A stretch of DNA of 64,000 nt, from positions 99,808-163,807 of the forward strand of contig CAVYNY010000028.1 in the NCBI GenBank assembly GCA_963769935.1. The letters run 5' to 3'. The notes below the pieces were generated by a model that was not told where the DNA came from, made no database searches, and saw nothing but the letters and a program-made list of their open reading frames with translations. Below, piece by piece: positions 17,302-26,802 of the stretch (position 1 is the first letter of the stretch; every line of letters starts with the position of its first letter). The position numbers were made by a program, and so were the translations under genes. The DNA is from an uncultured delta proteobacterium. Lineage in GTDB: Bacteria > Desulfobacterota > Desulfobacteria > Desulfobacterales > JAFDCJ01.

Positions 17302-19077
17302 ATGATCAGCCTGGCAGATTTAAAGATTCTGGCCCTGGACTGCCAGACAACCGGTGCCAACCCGCAGAAAGGACATTTGCTTGAAATCGCCTGGCTCCCG
17401 GCCTGTGCTTCGGCGCCGGAAACCCAGGTAAATTCTGCGCTGCAATCCTACCTTGTCCGTTTGCCCGGCCAGGCCGCCATCCCGCGGGCGGTGCAGCGCA
17501 TTACCGGTATCTCGGACCAAAGCCTGTCGTCGGCCGTACCATCAAATTTGGCCTGGCATCACCTGCTGACAGCCGCCGGAGAAACTGCCGCCGCCAATCA
17601 TTCGGCCGCCTGCCCGCTGGTTATCCACTTTGCCCGGTTCGAAACGCCTTTTCTACAGGACCTCCATCGCAGGCACGGCACGGCCGAACCATTTCCTTTC
17701 CGAATCATCTGCACCCATGAAATCGCAATCCGCCTGCGGCCGGATCTACCGCGCCGCGGAATCAGAGCTCTGGCCGGCTATTATGGTCATCCCATGCCGG
17801 AATTCAAACGCAGCGGCGACCATGCCGTTGCCACGGCCTTTATCTGGCAAAAAATGGTCGAACTGTTGCATGCCGCCGGCGGCATTTCCAATCTGGGACA
17901 GTTGATCGATTGGCTGGCATCCACCCGGCCGGCCGTGCGCTCAGGGCGGATATTTCCCATGAATCCTCGTCTTCGGCAGCATTTGCCGGACAAACCCGGC
18001 ATCTATCGCATGCTGCGAAACAACGGGGATTTGCTGTACATCGGCAAGGCCAAATCTCTCAAACAGCGGGTCAACAGCTATTTCCATCAGAAAGCGCCCC
18101 ACGCCGAACATACCCTGGAAATGTTGACCCAGGCCCGCGGACTGGATGTTACCCGGACCGGGTCGGCCCTTGAAGCCGCCATACTGGAAGCCGACGAAAT
18201 TAAACGCCATTCGCCGCCCTACAATATTGCCCTGCGCCGGCTTCAGCGCCGGCTTGTATTTTGCAGGGCGGATTTCAATTTCAGCCGACGGGATGTATTG
18301 GCCGATAAAGAGTGTGCGGTGGGTCCCCTTCCCGCCGGAAAATCCAGCGAAGCCCTGGCCGCGTTCGGAATGTGGTTTAAAAACGGAATGCGGCTGGACG
18401 GCGATAACGGCGCCGGCATTGGATACGCGGTGCTCGCCCTGCCCCCGGCGTATGCCCCGGAATTCGATTGCCTGCGGCAGGGCTTTGACATTTTCCGCCG
18501 ACGACACCGCGACCGTCCTGCCAATCAATCACCGCTGAGATTTTTAACCTCGCTTGGCGCAACGCTCTGGCAGGAGAAATTGGCGGCAGCGGACCTTTCC
18601 GAAACAGCAGATGAAGAGCCGGGCGATGCCGACCAAGGCGATGGACAGCAAAATGAATCCGGCCACGAATTCGTCTGGACCCCGGAGGCGGTCGCAGGCG
18701 CCATCGAAAGAATGGTAAGGCACAGTGCGCATCTGATTCGACGCGCCCGCTTTTTTTGCCTGCTGAGCGAATCCGCTCTGGCATGGGCAGCGGCCGGTCA
18801 GCCGCAGGAAAATAAAATAATGCTCGTCTTTGAAAAAGGGAGGGTAATTCAGCGGAATGAATTGATTTCTGGTGGAGAATTAATGATACCGCCCGGCTTT
18901 GTAAGATCGTTTCGCGATCGGCAAAAAAATATTGATTTAGCAACCTACGACCGCTTGCGGGTTGTCACCACTGAAGTGAGGCGGATTATCTCAGAGAGCC
19001 GCAATATCGAGCTGCGCCTGGGGCCTAAGATAACCCTGAAGCGTCAGCAGCTGATAAGGGTTCTGCAATGGATATAA
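17302..19077 (+). CDS. DEDDh-like exonuclease domain fused to a GIY-YIG (UvrC/Cho-like) nuclease
   Basis: ALDCQTTG...ITGI; LPDKPGIYRM...LYIGKAKSLKQRVNSYF...ALEAAILE...PPYN. Confidence 0.88.
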   Translation: MISLADLKILALDCQTTGANPQKGHLLEIAWLPACASAPETQVNSALQSYLVRLPGQAAIPRAVQRITGISDQSLSSAVPSNLAWHHLLTAAGETAAANHSAACPLVIHFARFETPFLQDLHRRHGTAEPFPFRIICTHEIAIRLRPDLPRRGIRALAGYYGHPMPEFKRSGDHAVATAFIWQKMVELLHAAGGISNLGQLIDWLASTRPAVRSGRIFPMNPRLRQHLPDKPGIYRMLRNNGDLLYIGKAKSLKQRVNSYFHQKAPHAEHTLEMLTQARGLDVTRTGSALEAAILEADEIKRHSPPYNIALRRLQRRLVFCRADFNFSRRDVLADKECAVGPLPAGKSSEALAAFGMWFKNGMRLDGDNGAGIGYAVLALPPAYAPEFDCLRQGFDIFRRRHRDRPANQSPLRFLTSLGATLWQEKLAAADLSETADEEPGDADQGDGQQNESGHEFVWTPEAVAGAIERMVRHSAHLIRRARFFCLLSESALAWAAAGQPQENKIMLVFEKGRVIQRNELISGGELMIPPGFVRSFRDRQKNIDLATYDRLRVVTTEVRRIISESRNIELRLGPKITLKRQQLIRVLQWI

Positions 19078-19133
19078 TCCGCATATTGAAAACTTAGGAT
19101 TAGCGGTCAAGGCGCAGTTGTCCGAAAATACAC

Positions 19134-20210
19134 TTAACGCTTCCTAAGCTCGGCTGTTATCCGGTTTTTCTTTTGGTCAATTGAAAAGGCAACATCCAGA
19201 AATTGTTCGCAAACGTATATATTCGACTGTATGTGTCCGGTAATTTTATCCGTCACAATCGTTCCGCCGACCAGGGCCAGCAGGGGCACCAGATTGTCTG
19301 CCAGGTGGCGGTCCACGACGGCATTTGAGTTCAGCACCGCGCTTAGTTTTTGCGCTGCGGCAGCTCCGACTTTTTCAGCCCGCACCCCTTTTTCACCCAG
19401 GGCATCGGCAGCGGCAATACCATTGCATGCTTCTGAGGCCGTCCACAGGGTAATGACGCTTCCGACCGAAGCCGTGTTCTGATATTCACACCGGATGGAT
19501 ACTGCATAATCCCGTTGGAGCACATCGGCGGCACTCCGGGCCTGGCGTTCGGCAACCTGGGCGCCTTTTAAATGGGTTGAAGCTGCAGATTTTCCGAAAA
19601 TTTCAGCAACTGTGGGCCGGTCGCAAAGAGAAATTTTCGGAACAGTGCTTTCTAACTGTGCGGCAAGCTCAGCAATATTTTTGAAATCACTCAAATGAAA
19701 ACGGGGGTTGACCGTTATATCGACCGTTCCCTGTCCTCTCGGATAATACCCTCTCTTTATATGGTTGATCGTGCACGCGGCAAATTTGTTAAAATACGGC
19801 AGAATCACCTGGTCGCAATAGTCGATGGGAATGCTCCATTTGGTGTCGGTCCCGCCTGTAATTTTAATTCCGACCGGGGCGGCGGCAAACATGGCCGGCA
19901 ACAACACGGATTGGAGCAGCAGCGATATCGAACCGGCCGTACCGATATTAATGGAAAGGCTTTGACCGCATATTTTGCCGGGGAAAAATTCCAGGCCAAC
20001 CGAACCCGGCCGCGCACCGTCAGCCCTGGCATTCGCCAGTTGCATCAGCGCATCGATACAGCTGATATGCTGTCGTTTCAGCCCGGGTTTAGGCCGGTTA
20101 TGCCTGATTTTATCGACCCGGAAGGGCTTGCCGGTCAGCGTTGACAGGGCCAGGGCGGTCCTGACAATCTGCCCGCCGCCCTCCATATAAGATCCGTCGA
20201 TATGAATCAT
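19134..20210 (-). CDS. rtcA: RNA 3'-terminal phosphate cyclase
   Basis: IDGSYMEGGGQIVRTALALS, RPKPGLKRQH, GYYPRGQG, VDRHLADNL. Confidence 0.95.
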   Translation of the reverse strand: MIHIDGSYMEGGGQIVRTALALSTLTGKPFRVDKIRHNRPKPGLKRQHISCIDALMQLANARADGARPGSVGLEFFPGKICGQSLSINIGTAGSISLLLQSVLLPAMFAAAPVGIKITGGTDTKWSIPIDYCDQVILPYFNKFAACTINHIKRGYYPRGQGTVDITVNPRFHLSDFKNIAELAAQLESTVPKISLCDRPTVAEIFGKSAASTHLKGAQVAERQARSAADVLQRDYAVSIRCEYQNTASVGSVITLWTASEACNGIAAADALGEKGVRAEKVGAAAAQKLSAVLNSNAVVDRHLADNLVPLLALVGGTIVTDKITGHIQSNIYVCEQFLDVAFSIDQKKNRITAELRKR

Positions 20211-20319
20211 CAGATGACCGGCCGATTCAATACAGCGTCAATCCGGTTCAAAAACGGTGACACCATTGCGCGGCTGCCCCTGGGAGCCGGAGGCTAGTTT
20301 TGTATGTTGCTGCGGCGGC

Positions 20320-20658
20320 TCAATACTCGTACATCCCGCGAAAATTTTTGTGCACAATATCTTTTCCGACCTTCCGTATAAAATCCGCGACATAATAGGG
20401 GATTTGCTCAGCCAGAAGGTATTTTTTGAAGTCACCTTCGACATGCTGCTTCGAAACCTGCCAGGGCTTGGCAGCCTCCATGAAGATATCATATTCGCTG
20501 CATTTCATGAATCTGGCCAGGTTCATCAGATACTCCTGATCGGTAAATGGTTTCTTACTGGCATATCGACGGTCCAGGTAGCGCAGCAGCTGAAACCAGG
20601 AAATCACCATCAAAGGAAATACGATGGCATGCCAGTTAAGGGAAATTTGTTCTAACAT
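20320..20658 (-). CDS. Small membrane-anchored hypothetical protein
   Basis: N-terminal TM segment; CSEYDIF...IPYYVADFIR. Confidence 0.65.
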   Translation of the reverse strand: MLEQISLNWHAIVFPLMVISWFQLLRYLDRRYASKKPFTDQEYLMNLARFMKCSEYDIFMEAAKPWQVSKQHVEGDFKKYLLAEQIPYYVADFIRKVGKDIVHKNFRGMYEY

Positions 20659-20846
20659 CTTGACCTCACATATGCTCGAACCCGTTTCAGCGGGCTGGTT
20701 GCTTCGGATTTCAAACCTTGTCTCTACCACGATACCTTGAAGCTAAGCATGATCGGTCGAAGATCAAGAATTGGCGTCTTTGCGCCTTTGCGAGTCCGCC
20801 GAAGGCTGACCGGCTCCGGTTCCTCCTTGTGGGCCGGAAATAAACC

Positions 20847-20942
20847 TCAGTAAAATACCTCTGTCATGATTTTTTGCCGGTCCACACCTTTGCGCACCAG
20901 GATATCACAGGCTTCGAACAGCATGTCGCAATTGCAGCGCAA
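20847..20942 (-). pseudogene. 3' remnant of a ferredoxin-NADP reductase-like oxidoreductase
   Basis: Manual translation LRCNCDMLFEACDILVRKGVDRQKIMTEVFY* resembles the FNR-family terminus (CG..M...L...G....I..E.F/Y). Confidence 0.5.
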
Positions 20943-20944
20943 TT

Positions 20945-22627
20945 TCACGAAGTTTCAAAGGAGTGCTTATTGCCAGGCCGCAGATTCAATTTGGCGACCA
21001 CCAGGGTGATATCGTCTTCCGGCTTGACGCCTGCCTGAAATTGCTTGACGGCTGCGATCACCGCCCCGACAATTTCGGCCGCCGGCAGATCCGGATTGCG
21101 GCGGATAACTTCCAACAGGGCCTGTTTGCCGAACATTTCGCCGGCTGGATTGTGTGCTTCCCAAACCCCATCGGTGCAAAGAAGAAAAATTTGACTGTTC
21201 TTGAGGTTTTCTTTTAGGTTTTCAGTATAAATCCATTCCTGATCGAGCCCCAGGGCCACCCCCGATCCCTTCAGTTCTTCAAACACGTTCGTTTGGGGAT
21301 CAAAAAGAACGGCCGGATCATGGCCGGCTCGCACCCAGCGGATGGTCCGTCCGACGGAATCGATTTCGCAGTAAAACAATGTCATAAACCGCCCCGATTC
21401 CTCCACATCCTCCGTCAGTTGCCGGTTTACATCGGAAATAATTTGTCCGAGGCCGCCTGCCTGCATGACCCGCTGCCGCAGGGATGCTCGCACAGCAGCC
21501 ATCAGCAGAGCCGAAGGAATGCCGTGCTCCGATACATCCCCGATGACAATGCCGACTTTGCCATCGCCGGATGGGTCTATTTGTAAATAATCGAAGTAAT
21601 CGCCGCCGGTGCGCTCACAATAGAGGCTTTGCCCGGCTATATCCAAGCCGGCTATTTGGGGAGCCTTCTGGGGCATAAAATTTTGCTGAACCTCTTTGGC
21701 CAACTCCAGGGAGTGCCGCATGCGGTCTCGTTCCTCCAAACCTTCTGTCATTTCATTGATGACATCGCCGGTGTACCCGATTTCATCATTGGAGGTTACC
21801 GCCACTTTGCAGTCGAATTGACCGTTCCGAACAGCCTTTAAGACTCTGATGATATCTCGAAAAGGCTGCCGCAGGTTGAGGCTCAACTCATAGGCTAAAA
21901 ATATACCAATAAACATAAATACAAAGGAGCTGACCACAATGTCCGATCGCAGTCCTTCATATAGGTCTTCAGAGAACCTGCCCGCAGATACAGTGCCTTG
22001 CATAATCGTTATGATAGCGAAGAAGGGGACCAGATTGCTGCCCAGCAGCAGGGCCGCCAGACGTGTACTGAGTCGGATCCGCAATGTACCTGGAATCGCG
22101 TAAAGACCACCGGAAGGAAACAGCTTTGGCACCATCCTTTTTTGCAGGACTCTTCTCAGCAAAAAAAAGGCGGCGACGGTCGTAATCAATCCGATCTGCA
22201 GACTGCGGAAAAATGCATAGTAGACAGTCCCCCGCCCGATATCGGATGATAGCATGGCCGTAGAATAGATACTCCCGGCCGCAATCCATACCACGAGATC
22301 CATGGCGATCAGGAAAAACGGTTCATTAAGCAATCGTTTTCTGGCGATAAACGTTAATGCTTCCGATAATTGCAACCCCTTTCTTTGATCGTCCAGAAAA
22401 CGCCGAATCGGCCGCTCATAAAGCAAAGTCAAAACCAACATTAGCGCGCCGCAGAGCGGTTCGAAAAACCATCCAATGCGGCCAATCAACCGGAGAGCAT
22501 CCGCCAATTGCGGAAACAGGGGTCGATAGGTTATAAAAATCACGACACAAACACCTATGGCGTTTGCGAAGTAATTCATAATCAGCATCTCATTTTTAAG
22601 CCGGAAATGATTAAATGCTTCGGACAT
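20945..22627 (-). CDS. Membrane HAMP + SpoIIE/PP2C (RsbU-like) phosphatase
   Basis: Multiple TM segments, SNDEIG HAMP, GGDYFD, GDVSEHG, TDGV.E, EDDITL. Confidence 0.93.
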   Translation of the reverse strand: MSEAFNHFRLKNEMLIMNYFANAIGVCVVIFITYRPLFPQLADALRLIGRIGWFFEPLCGALMLVLTLLYERPIRRFLDDQRKGLQLSEALTFIARKRLLNEPFFLIAMDLVVWIAAGSIYSTAMLSSDIGRGTVYYAFFRSLQIGLITTVAAFFLLRRVLQKRMVPKLFPSGGLYAIPGTLRIRLSTRLAALLLGSNLVPFFAIITIMQGTVSAGRFSEDLYEGLRSDIVVSSFVFMFIGIFLAYELSLNLRQPFRDIIRVLKAVRNGQFDCKVAVTSNDEIGYTGDVINEMTEGLEERDRMRHSLELAKEVQQNFMPQKAPQIAGLDIAGQSLYCERTGGDYFDYLQIDPSGDGKVGIVIGDVSEHGIPSALLMAAVRASLRQRVMQAGGLGQIISDVNRQLTEDVEESGRFMTLFYCEIDSVGRTIRWVRAGHDPAVLFDPQTNVFEELKGSGVALGLDQEWIYTENLKENLKNSQIFLLCTDGVWEAHNPAGEMFGKQALLEVIRRNPDLPAAEIVGAVIAAVKQFQAGVKPEDDITLVVAKLNLRPGNKHSFETS

Positions 22628-22682
22628 CTTCTGTATGCTCTCTCAGGTGGCGAAGAACTGTTTACGTGCCTTAAAATCAACC

Positions 22683-24209
22683 CTATTCCATGAGTTCGGG
22701 GCTGCTTTGATAAGGAAGCCAGACCGTGAAGGTCGAGCCTCTTCCGGGTTCACTGTCAACCTCGATCCGGCCATGATAAAAATTGACGATCCGCTTTACG
22801 ATGCTCAGCCCGAGCCCGGTCCCTGTGATAAGACTGGTCTCCTCCCTTTTTTCTCGAAAAAATTCGGTGAACAGGCGGCTCAGGCCTTCTCTGCTTATGC
22901 CGATTCCTGTGTCCGCAACAGATACCCTTACATAGGGCCCCTTCCGGTCCGCCGTAATACTCACCCGGCCGGCCGGCTTATTGTATTTGACGGCATTGTC
23001 CACGAGGTTGCTGAACAATCGCATTAATTCTTCCCGGTCCGCATTTACGGCCGGCAGGTCTTCTGAGGCTTGCACTTCGAGGCAAATCCGGTTCCGGCCG
23101 GCAATGGGCTGCATGAGCTCCCTGACCTCGTTTAAAATGCCATCGATACCCTGAGGTGATATTTCCCGTCGTACGGTCCCTTCTTCCATCCGGGCCATGC
23201 TCAGCAGCTCTCCGACCAGATCTACCAACGCCTTGATGCGCAGTTTTGACCGCCCGATGATTTCATGCTGTTTTTCCCTATCCTGTATGTATCCATCGTC
23301 GATCACCGATAGGTAGCCGTCCACGGCCGACAAGGGCGCGCGAAGTTCATGGGCGACAAGATTCATGAACCGGGCCTTCACCTGCTCCACACGCTTGACT
23401 TCGGTAATATCGCGCAGGACGGTGACAGTTCCCAGAAATCGGGCGGAAGCCACATCGACAACCGGGGCCACATTGGCAAGCAGCCAGGTCTCTTGCGGCT
23501 CAATACTGAGCCTGATCTCGTTTGAGAGACGCTTCTGGTGGGATGAAGCCTGAGAAATCATTTGAATCAAATCCTTGCAGTCCAAAATGTTGGTCACTAC
23601 CATCGGCGTTCGGATTGATTGGAGGGAAGGTAGGATCTTGCGCGCCGCAGGATTGTATAGTACCAGATTTTGTTCGGCGTTGCATACAATTACCCCGTCC
23701 GTCATGCAGTCAATAACGGTGCGAAACTGGCTTTTTTCCGTTACCAGTTCCAGCATCCGCTGACGACGCTCGGCCTCAAGGCGATTTCGCTCACGTATAA
23801 GGCTCACTCGTTCCAGGGCCCGATCGACCAAACGCAGTAAATCGTCTGGGACAAAAGGTTTGGCGATGAAGTCGTAAGCGCCGCGTTTGGTGGCTTCGAC
23901 CGCAGACTCTATTGTGGCATAAGCCGTTATCATTACATACACTGTTTCCGCGGCGATATTCTGAGCCTCGCGAATAAACTCAAAACCACTGATGCCCGGC
24001 ATTCGCAAATCAACAAGCACCAGGTCAATATCCGGCTGCCGGCGCAAAATGTCCAGCCCCATTTCACCGGTCTCGGCCATCAAGACACGGTAGCCCTGAG
24101 ACCGAAGCACCCGATCGCACCCCCGCCGAATACCCGCTTCATCGTCGACCACCAGGATTTGGGCGTGGGCGGCTTTCCTCAGGTTTTCTGAATAATCATC
24201 AGCCATCAT
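22683..24209 (-). CDS. Hybrid receiver-PAS-histidine kinase
   Basis: ILVVDDE, DLRMPG, KPF; PAS domain; AHELRAPL, NAVKY, DTGIG, GTGLGL. Confidence 0.93.
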   Translation of the reverse strand: MMADDYSENLRKAAHAQILVVDDEAGIRRGCDRVLRSQGYRVLMAETGEMGLDILRRQPDIDLVLVDLRMPGISGFEFIREAQNIAAETVYVMITAYATIESAVEATKRGAYDFIAKPFVPDDLLRLVDRALERVSLIRERNRLEAERRQRMLELVTEKSQFRTVIDCMTDGVIVCNAEQNLVLYNPAARKILPSLQSIRTPMVVTNILDCKDLIQMISQASSHQKRLSNEIRLSIEPQETWLLANVAPVVDVASARFLGTVTVLRDITEVKRVEQVKARFMNLVAHELRAPLSAVDGYLSVIDDGYIQDREKQHEIIGRSKLRIKALVDLVGELLSMARMEEGTVRREISPQGIDGILNEVRELMQPIAGRNRICLEVQASEDLPAVNADREELMRLFSNLVDNAVKYNKPAGRVSITADRKGPYVRVSVADTGIGISREGLSRLFTEFFREKREETSLITGTGLGLSIVKRIVNFYHGRIEVDSEPGRGSTFTVWLPYQSSPELME

Positions 24210-24346
24210 TCCAATACCCCGCGGCATTCATTCACGACAAAGCCTGTTATCTGTGAGCTGGCCCACAGGGCCAGGTTTTCAATGTTGCATTCAATTGGAC
24301 CGGTGCCAGCATCCAGGTCCTGCCCGGCTTAATCCAATTTCAAGGA

Positions 24347-26341
24347 TCAGGCCCGAGTCCCTTCATCACAGTTGATGGTGCCAAGCAGGGTGTCCGGCAA
24401 AGGCAATTCAAAAATGATATCCATCCATTCATTATATCTGCTTTCCGCCCGGATGTCTCCGCCGTGGCGGCGAATGATTTCACGCGTAATAAACAACCCC
24501 AATCCGGTTCCCCTCGTCGGTTGTACTTCTGCCGGAGTTTGGAGACGTGAAAATTTCCTGAACAATTTGTCTATTTGACTGGATGGAATACCGGGTCCGT
24601 CATTCCTGACATGCAGTTCGGCTTTGCCGTTGACGCGCTTCCCCACCAGCTCCACCTCTCCGCCGTCACGACCATACTTAACCGCATTGCCGAGCAGGTT
24701 TTCGTACACAATCTCGATCAGTGAAGGATCGGCCTGAACGAGCAGGTCATCTTGAAACTTCACCCGCACCCGCATGCCTTTTGTCTCCAGCCGTCCCCGA
24801 AAATTGCTCAGCACGGGACGAATCACATCTGATTCGATGTGCACGGGGCGAACGCGCAGCTGTAATTCGCCTTTTTCGATGCGCGAGAGATTGAGATAAT
24901 TTAATATCATCTCTTCGGCCCGGTTGATGGCTTTGCCGACGTCGCTCAGGGCTTCTTTCTGGTCTTCGCTGATTTGGCCGACATATCCGTCATGCACGGC
25001 AAGCAGATTGATTTTCATTGCGGCAACCTGGTTTTTAAGCTCATGGGTTATGAATTCCAGGGCATCCAGGTAATTCTGGACCCACCCTTTGAGCTCAACG
25101 GCTTTGTGTTGGAGATCATCGCGGCTGCGCTGCAACAGCGCATCGCGCTCCTTCAGCGAACTGACCATCTGATTGAAAGCGCCGGTCAGGCGATAGATCT
25201 CGTCTCGTTGCGCTCCCGGTGAGTGCAGCAGTTGGTAGTCGAGATTGCCACGTGCAACCTCATCTGCACCGGCAGTCAGCAAAGCCAGGGGGCGGGCCAA
25301 GCGCGAACTCAACCACAGAGAAAGGAAGACGGCACATAAGAAGGCCAACACCGAAACCGCGATAAACAGAGTCATCGCCTGTCGGCGCATATCGTCATAC
25401 CGTTTTTTCAGAACACCCACGTACAACATGCCGACGATTTCGTTGTTAAGATTCCGCAAAGGCTCGTAGGCCGAAATGTACCAGCTGTCGACCACGAAGG
25501 CGGGGCCTTGCCACATCTTGCCTTCAGCCAAAACCTGATCGTAGACCTCCGATGAAACTCGGGTGCCGATAGCCCGCTGTCCGTCCGGGCCGATGACATT
25601 CGTAGTGATGCGGACATCACCCTGAAATATGGTGACCGTACCCAGGTTCTTTCCATCGTAGGTGACGGCTGTAAAGACATTTTCCCGCACAAAATCCACG
25701 AATTCGAAATTCCGGTTAATCACGGTTCCCACCCGGACAATGCCCGTCACTTGCCGGCTGGCATTCATAACGGGAGCTGCGGCCTCAAGCACCATGGCCG
25801 AGGTGATTTCCTGCGGTCCTCCGGGTTTTGCATGGGGTGTCGACAATACGCGAATCCGGGTCCGCGCGGCCAGAGCATTGTTTTCGGTGGTTAGGGCTTC
25901 TATAGGAAGAAGAGAAAGGCCGGCTGCGGGCCGTCGCGCAGAAATTACCCGCGCAATGACCGGGCTGTTTGATGCTTGCGCGCCTTTAATATCGCCATAG
26001 GCCGTCGCTAGAATCACCCCGTGGCCGTCTAAAATATGCAGGAAATCATACCCCAATTTAACCCGGAGTTCATCCAGAATCCGTGGGTCAACCGCTTTAT
26101 GCGTGGTTATCTGCCGGGCAATATCTCCCTCCGCCATAACCAGACACGCTTTTAGCGCCTCATCCAGGCGTCGCTCCCACATCGCGCGAGCGGTTTTCAG
26201 TCCTAAAACAACCCGGCGTTCCGCCTCCGATATAACCATCCGGTTGATGAGGAAGCTTCCGGCAAGTATCGTAAGCGCACCGGAAAGTACCACGACGCCG
26301 ACAAATGAACCCAGCAGTCTCACACGCAACGGGAGGTCCAT
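24347..26341 (-). CDS. Cache-HAMP sensor histidine kinase
   Basis: Two TM segments, TIFQGDVRITTNV...RAIGT (Cache), THELKN, NAVKYG, GTGLGL. Confidence 0.92.
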   Translation of the reverse strand: MDLPLRVRLLGSFVGVVVLSGALTILAGSFLINRMVISEAERRVVLGLKTARAMWERRLDEALKACLVMAEGDIARQITTHKAVDPRILDELRVKLGYDFLHILDGHGVILATAYGDIKGAQASNSPVIARVISARRPAAGLSLLPIEALTTENNALAARTRIRVLSTPHAKPGGPQEITSAMVLEAAAPVMNASRQVTGIVRVGTVINRNFEFVDFVRENVFTAVTYDGKNLGTVTIFQGDVRITTNVIGPDGQRAIGTRVSSEVYDQVLAEGKMWQGPAFVVDSWYISAYEPLRNLNNEIVGMLYVGVLKKRYDDMRRQAMTLFIAVSVLAFLCAVFLSLWLSSRLARPLALLTAGADEVARGNLDYQLLHSPGAQRDEIYRLTGAFNQMVSSLKERDALLQRSRDDLQHKAVELKGWVQNYLDALEFITHELKNQVAAMKINLLAVHDGYVGQISEDQKEALSDVGKAINRAEEMILNYLNLSRIEKGELQLRVRPVHIESDVIRPVLSNFRGRLETKGMRVRVKFQDDLLVQADPSLIEIVYENLLGNAVKYGRDGGEVELVGKRVNGKAELHVRNDGPGIPSSQIDKLFRKFSRLQTPAEVQPTRGTGLGLFITREIIRRHGGDIRAESRYNEWMDIIFELPLPDTLLGTINCDEGTRA

Positions 26342-26802
26342 GCTATCGCCTTTGGGTGTCCCGCAATGTCACATCAAAGATATGCGTTTTTCATAAAGGT
26401 TTTGGGCTAAAACGGTCGAAAAAAACCGGTAAAGCACGCTCTCCCCTGCCAAAGGAAAGGGATACGAAAGAGCAAAGAATCCTGGCCCACAGGACCAGGT
26501 TTCCAATGTTAGTGTAAAAAAATATCAACACCCGCATGGTGTGTCAACGGTAAAGAGGCCCTTGAAATTCGAATTTCAGGGTGTAAGCCTCACCTCAAAC
26601 ATCCAAATAGCGCAGGCGGTTAAAAGATCCAAGTTATTCTTGCCAAAGCCACGCGAATTTTTTATTCTCAAGATAGTAAGCGGCGGATACAAAGCCGCAA
26701 TCAAGACCCAAAGACCCTCCTGGGGCATTGACTGTAAAATGACAAATTATTTCTGGAACAGGATCCTGATTCGCAACCCTCAACCACACCACGATAAGGC
26801 CC

